NCBI RefSeq assembly: GCF_964204645.1 | Contig: NC_134032.1 | Coordinates: 3,372,175-3,436,174 of the forward strand | Origin: Tubulanus polymorphus | Taxonomy: Eukaryota > Animalia > Nemertea | Length of the DNA: 64,000 bases | Reading direction: 5' to 3' | Shown: positions 57,327 through 64,000 of the stretch, piece after piece | Position numbering within the stretch: position 1 is the first letter of the stretch | Layout: the number at the start of each line of letters is the position of its first letter | The notes under the pieces: model-generated | The model's input: the letters and a program-made list of their open reading frames with translations, nothing else | What the model was told of the DNA's origin: nothing | Databases searched by the model: none | Program-made: the position numbers and the translations under genes

Positions 57327-60300
57327 CTGAATATGAATGGAATTAAATCAGGTCATCTTAAACATCGTCTATCATTAAATCAATTATCGTTACTGCTAAA
57401 ATTGGTGGTGGTCCGTTCTATAATAGAAACGACTTATTCAAACCGTCCAAAAATACTTCGGGTCCGTTATAAACGGACATGACTGCAGCCGCATTTACGC
57501 TACATATTGGGGTCCGTTCTTATTTGGCCCAGTAGCTAGCGTGACGCAACGGAGTAATTTTACAGGCCATTTCAGAGCAGTTGCTACTTTCACGGAAATG
57601 GTCCGTTCTAGACAAGATTTATCGTATCAAGACTGAAGCAAAGGTAAGCGCGTTCAACACTTTTGGTGCGGAAAAATTTGAACTTTTTTATTGAATTGTG
57701 TCCATGATAGACATTGCTCATCGTGATTTGTCAAACCATCACAATTTAACCTTCATAAACACACTGTGACCCTGTGCACGTGATTTGGTACTTTATAACC
57801 AAATAATCTTTATAACCAAAACACAAAAATCGGATAAAAGCGGCATTAAAGACTTATTGGAAGAATGAATTCATTAAATAATGCATTCGTGTTGATTGGA
57901 ATTGGCGATTGAAACAATTCACCCGCCACAGTAGAAAATGCGACCTCGACTGTCTAGAGCTGTCCCGTTGTATAATAGCGGGAAAACGTGACCCGAAATT
58001 ACATTCGTTTTACAGAGCCTTTGAACGGCAGTAGCGAACGAACTCATGATTTACCGATTTGCGGACCAGATTCGCAGAAAACTCTCAATCTCTGAACAAA
58101 CCACATTGTTTAGAACTACGCAACTGGCAATTTTTCTATAGAAGAATTAGTTTTTTAAAAGAGTAGATTTGTATCTGAGTATCTCTAGAGAGTGGGTGAC
58201 AGGTTGATTTGTATTCTACATTGATTATTTTCTCGCAAGGTCAAGGAAGAAAAAAAGTGGAAGTTTTATCAATGTTGCGGATGAATGATAAACAAAAATA
58301 TAAATGACTAATTCATTCGGTAAACAATTGATAGGAGTATTCTAAGAGTAGAATACAACCAGCTACGTAGAAAAACCTAGCTCTTGCTTGATTATTTGAT
58401 CAACAGTGAAGACCACAATATTGTAAATGCTGTGACAAATATTTTTCAGATAACACGCAACTCAAAACGTACCACAAATTGGGGCATTAACAAATTGTCT
58501 TTGAAAAAGTAGCATTTAATACCGCTTAGTAGACATTTTACAAACCATGGGTTGCATCACGATAAACACAGCATGTGCAAACTTGGCTTGGAAAAGCTAT
58601 CAGAATGGCACAGTAGCTGCTATGATCTACGGATTGATTATGACAATGTTCTACGTACGTGTCTCCGCCAACCTACCTTTATATTCATTGTTTCTGCAAA
58701 TGAAGTGAACCCAAGTCAAAGTGACAAAGTATCGAAACTGCTTCACATTCTGAAGCTGAAAGAGCCGCGGCTTTTATTACGCGGAGCAAATCGATACACC
58801 ACGGCACACCTGGCTCTCAACCTGTCAACTCGTCAAAGTCTCATTATGAAAGTGGTAAATCTTTTTTATCGAATTTATGCAATTTTCCTGAATAACCATA
58901 AACGCATTATCTAATATAAATTGCGTATCTTATCGAATTCTAAAAAGCTCTACAGGGGCGAATCCAATTGGACCTGTGGTTCGAGAAATGTTTGAAAAAG
59001 ATACCTGCAGGCCCGCAGCGATGTCGGCGGCTGGTTCGTTTTTTGTTGGAAATAACCGAACGCAGATCTCCTAATGTTGTCGTCGCAGCAGCCCAAATCC
59101 TTGGAGTCGCCCCCTCTCCGAGCCACCCCTCTTCCTTGAATTTTAGCCATAATACTTCCGTCGTCTCTGGTTCCAGGTCTACTAAAAAACTCAGTTATCG
59201 CAACGTCGAGACACCGCGAGATGCGATGCACCAAGATGTCGCACGTGCATTCCCTCATCATAGAAACCACAGTTTGCCGCAGCCACCTAATAATGACGCA
59301 CACTTCTCACGCATCAGAACGAAGAAATTCGACTCCAGTCTCGGACTACCTCAATCGGGTCGACACGGTCTCCAACACTTATCAGGCTCGACGAGACCGA
59401 TCCGCGAAGCAGACCAACAACATCGGATAAGACGGCTCGAGAACAGCACACACCGAGGCATCAATGACCCGTAGACAGCCTCACTACCACAATTTGTACC
59501 TTTCTTACAGGGATCTCCTACTGCCCGTGCACTAGTGGGGTCTCCAAAGCTTCGGTTTGGTCCCCTTACCCTTAACTTTAATTCTAACTCTAGGTTCCAG
59601 GATTTTTTCCAGGCGGGGTTCATAAAGAAAGTTAATGTTAAACTGCCGACCAAAATCTCTAATGATAGGGGGCCTACGGCCTGTTGTTTGGCCAAACATA
59701 CGATGATATTGCACCGATCATGTGGTACTGTCAGCAAGAGTCGTGAGTACATTCCTCCAAGAAGACGATTCAAAAAAATTTTGGAAGCTGATCAGAGGGT
59801 GGGATCACGACCCCTGAAACCCCCTTCTGGATCCGCACCTGGACTGCATGGCCCAAGGTAACCACTTGACCACTGAGCCCTTGCGACTCTCGGTCAGTGT
59901 GTAGTAATTGGTGACCACCAGTTAGTAGGGTTCCCCTATTCAATACCCACTATCATTTTCCAATAATAACAAGAATGTGAAGAATATTTTCATCAGTATC
60001 GGGATTGCCATCACACCATTATTGTTCCGGTGGTAAAATTGCAAAGATCGACTTGAAAGGGAGTCGAATGTTAATGACGGGGTATAGACTGGTACTGATT
60101 TTAACCCTGGGCTAACTTCAATTCTTCATTTCAATTGTGTTTATGTTAATACTTGTCTATAAGACTAGCTCAATAGTTTGCTTTAAATACTATTTATACG
60201 TTTATATCTATTCCTTTAATGAAAAGGACTCGAGGAGTAGAGGCGAAATCGAAACACGTAAATAAAATCATTTTAATCACAGAAGATTATTATAGTTGCC

Positions 60301-60449
60301 TTGATTGATGTTATCTAATTTGCCTTAAATCGTGAATAATCCTATTACGCAGTAAGAAGTCCGTCCTTGCAGGTGTTTATTAAACGTCGATATTCATAAA
60401 TCGGAAATTTTTTTTAAGGTCTGCAGATGAAACACTACATGAATGACGT

Positions 60450-60870
60450 GGCGTCTGGAATTACCATATAATTTCAGCTAGATATTGAATCATATATCAT
60501 GCTGAGAAACATATAGCCGATTTACAGCAGCCATAATGGCTCTAGCGTTTCAGGCTCTTCTTTCATCAATTTAGCAATTATATCATGTTTATGATTTTCT
60601 GACTTTTCTAGAAAAACCTTCTTGTAATTCTGTTGATTATCATATATTTTCAATTTTTTTGGTACATAAATCTATCTTCAATCAGATCCGACAACTAACA
60701 GACGAAACCATTTTAGAACCTCTGAATAACTGAATTATTATAACAGAATTTGATGTTACAACGAAAGATAAAGGTATGAAATAAACGAAGATAACATATG
60801 ACATGAACAATGAAGCAACGGTGCGCGTAACTTTTTCATTGAATGACGTCATAAGTTGTAAAATCAACGA
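60450..60870 (-). pseudogene. GPCR-like fragment (TM5-TM6 region)
   Basis: YVIFVYFIPLSFVVTSNSVIIIQL (TM5-like), then RRARNARAIMAAV in another frame. Confidence 0.4.
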
Positions 60871-61007
60871 CTAGAAATGGTTAAAGACGGTTCTTTATTT
60901 CATTAGGGATAATCTCCTAAAAAATCATAGACCTTCCAGAGTGACTAGGTTGGAACACGAGGATAAAATAAACGAAAAAAATGCCGATAACCTTAAGATA
61001 CGCCTTA

Positions 61008-61071
61008 AGATGGACTCGAACCTACGACCTCCAGCGCACCGACAAGCACGCTAATCACTCGACCATAGACC
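61008..61071 (-). mobile_element. tRNA-derived SINE head or tRNA pseudogene
   Basis: A box TGGTCGAGTGA and B box GGTTCGAGTCC; no clean acceptor stem. Confidence 0.6.
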
Positions 61072-61689
61072 AGTAGTGGCTGAGGAAGTTTGTAAGTTTG
61101 TCTAGCGATTGAAGTGACTGGTGAAGTGACTCGGTGCATGGTGACTCTTGGCCGTTTCTATGGTCCGCTCATTCTATGGTTACTGCAGTACCTTATTGGC
61201 CCTAAACCCTCTCTGATTACGAGTCGCCCATTGTAAGAAATCAAACTAATATAGTTTGTGTACGCTGCAGTTCATGTATTTCTTGCTATATTTGGCATGC
61301 ATCAATCAATCTACGACATTTGATTTCACCTGTTTAGTTGCGGAATCGTCCATTATATGTATGGCGGTGTTATTTGCCAGTCGCCCGAATAAATGTTTCA
61401 ATATTCTGGAGTTTGTAGGCCACCTACACATGTATCTCCTCTTCTTACGGCGACGCACCGGAGAGTGGCCATTTTTCTTTGTAGAACGTATCTTGCAGAT
61501 AACAAATTTCTGTCGTTCTAAAAACAAATCGAAAAACAGTTTTAGTTTGAATGTTCACTTAGGAAAGTCGACTAGAGACCCTGTCTCCGGCTGAATGGTT
61601 GGGTTGAGCGAATTTTTCACGAGGCATTTGACAAATTTTCGGCGACTATCTTCACTGGCTGCTAAAGATATATCTACCGTTTGACTCGT

Positions 61690-62012
61690 CTGGATGTGTC
61701 GCACTTGGAGCTGGAGTCATGGTACTTGGAGTCGAAGTTATCTTCGAATTATGAGTCGATGTTGATGTTGGACGTTGGAGTCGTTGTCGTTGGAGCTGGT
61801 GTCATTGGAGCTGGGGTCGTTGGAACTGGAGTCGTTGGAGCATGAGTCGTTGGAACTGGAGTTGTTGGAGCTGGAGTCGTTGGAGCCGGAGTTGTTGGAG
61901 ATGTATCCGGTGTCATACAAGACACTTCTAAATCCTTCATCTCCAGGTTAGAATCGATCCCGTCAAACTGTTGCGTCACAATTTCATCCTTTATCACTTT
62001 TGTACAATTTAC
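61690..62012 (-). repeat. 15-bp tandem repeat encoding mucin-like TTPAP units, probably in a degenerate exon
   Basis: CCAACGACTCCAGCT-type units; acceptor-like TGTAG at ~62013-62017. Confidence 0.55.
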
Positions 62013-64000
62013 TACAGAACAAACGAGAAAATGAAGTTAATCAACGCCTTGAAAAATAAAACATATTGCGTAATGTTGTCGATAACGAATTATGTGATAC
62101 AAATTCTATGTTAAAAATAATATTAACACGTTCCCAAATGTTTTGATACTTTCTCAGTTTGTATCAAAAATATTGCCAATTTCTGGTCCTTGAGTCCTGA
62201 AAAATGATAAATTTACAGCGCAAAATCGTACAAACGTGTCAATTATACTTCTAAACACTTTATTTGCGGACCAGTTTATGAATTGAACGTGGGCCATAGA
62301 GCGCTATATCCGCCTATGATCTCAACTTTCAATTTATTACGTAAGCTATTCGTGAACAAAATGCGGTCGGCGCACAATAGAAACTTCGCTCTATTTATTC
62401 TTTCATTACCGCCGACAAAGAGGACCGATATTTCGCAAATTGGATTCGGGAGGTTTAAACCTCCCAAGGTCAAATCACTAAAATTGTGACCTTCGTGGAG
62501 ATTATCTAAAAAGCCGATGGTAATCAAATTTAGCATAACTTTTTACCCAAACGTTCAATGGCATTCCTAAGTATTTGATGAAAGTTGAGAAATCATAAGA
62601 TATTCATATAACCATGGACTCTAAAACCTAAATCGTATAAGAGTCTCTGATATAAAAAAAACTTCGCATAACGAAGAAGCAAAAATTCGAATCTGATTCA
62701 TCTGTTTGGAATTGATTCTTATGAAATGGAAACAAATGCGTGAGCACCTACTCATTCATTCAATTTACTTTGCGGCTTTACAACGGCTATTTCACTGGTT
62801 CTGCGTGATGAGATAATTCTGATTAAAGTTATTGTAATAATTTCTATATGTATATACGTAATGATACTCTTTCTGAATAAAGGATGCACGTTATTCGAAT
62901 CCCCACCATTGTTCTCTACAATGTACGTTAATCAAACTCACGATAAAACCAGATCCAAAACCATGGACTCAAAAACAAAGAATCCGTGGTCAAACATACA
63001 ATTCTAATTTCCCCGTTAGTTCACTGATGCCGCCATCGAATGCAAGGATTCTAGCCAATCAGAGAGGCGCATGTACACATCCATTGGCATGTTAGTTATA
63101 GTACAACTTAGACAATAATCAAGGTTCGAGCCAATGAACTAGAATATGTTCTTTCAACTAACTAGAATATGTTCTTTCATCGAATACAAATAACTCAGTA
63201 GTAGTCAGTTAGTTGAGTTTGTTTGACTTGATTTGTATTTCATCAATCAATCTATTTCATTTTATTTTAAAGTACAAACTAAACGCTTGAATTGCTTATA
63301 ACACGACCAGGTATGAATTAGAATAGATCGGCTTAATATTTCGAATGCAAATTTGGCGTTTAAGCAATCGGAAATTCGAAGTGCTTGAGAAATTTTTCAA
63401 TACGCACATTACTTCGAATAGCGATAAGTTCATTGACACATGTGACCATTGTTTTGTTACTTTCGATAGCGAGTCGAATAAGCTATGGGACAGCTAACGA
63501 CAGCACAATCGCAATATCAACAGAAGTTCATTTTATCCTACATGATGAGGCTAAATTCAGTGAAATCGATCGTGTTCTGAAATATAAATTTTCCTGGATA
63601 CATGTTGTTCATTGTAGCTATTCTATGCGGTTTTACATTAACCTGCTATAACATATTGACCGTTTTCAAGAACCCAAAAATTTGCTGGGAATCTGTTTTT
63701 TTTTCAAAAACAACCCAAACCCGAAATTGTGTACAGTTAGTACGCAGCGTATATAATGTCGGATTAGAGAATATTGAAAAAACTTTAAAAAAAGTTGAGT
63801 GAAGGGAAATAAGCTCAGCAGTGACAAATTGTCATTTCTACCCTTCACGTGATTAATTGATGTCCAAATATGTTCTACCGTGAAAACTCTGCATTTAGCA
63901 TCAAACGAATTTTTGTATACGTATCTCAGGATGCATGCTCTTCAAAAAGGTAGCCTATTAGGAAAAAACTTACCCGGTAAAATCCTAATTTGTCCTAAAC

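Noticed and set aside
58953-59841. Non-autonomous DNA transposon with CAGGGGCG(A/G)ATCCA-like TIRs, or a gag remnant
   Set aside because: Short imperfect TIR match with no TSD; internal ORFs lack convincing motifs.
61008-61071. Functional tRNA gene
   Set aside because: A and B boxes are present but the acceptor and anticodon stems do not form properly.

Overview
AT-rich genomic DNA from an invertebrate animal (spliceosomal introns, class A GPCR), dominated by transposons and endogenous viruses. Bases 1-10.4 kb and 14.4-23.1 kb hold four rearranged, partly decayed copies of one Polinton/Maverick (adintovirus-like) family, with protein-primed PolB, minor and major capsid, retroviral-type integrase with chromodomain, packaging ATPase and small membrane genes. 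Two observations stand out. (1) The second PolB copy carries a decayed LAGLIDADG-containing intein (6086-7061) inserted exactly in the catalytic YFD|TD motif, with giant-virus PolB-intein-like sequence; an intein-free allele of the same polymerase lies 5 kb upstream. (2) Near a Polinton terminus is a ~285-nt GC-rich segment (22151-22434) that folds strand-specifically, with many G-U pairs. It has two hairpins with near-identical loops starting with the palindrome GGCGCC, an upstream TATA and a downstream TTTT, making it a candidate Polinton-encoded structured ncRNA. The rest contains host genes (intact GPCR, a 3-exon PAN-domain secreted protein, a small Cys-rich secreted protein, a DCXR-like exon) and other elements: a decayed Ty3/Gypsy, a second class of Polinton PolB interrupted by a solo LTR, a Penelope element with hammerhead ribozyme motifs split by a 2.4-kb mini-Polinton with a 6-bp TSD, and piggyBac and Kolobok/Mutator-like fragments. 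Family assignments come from motif recognition by eye; no searches were run.
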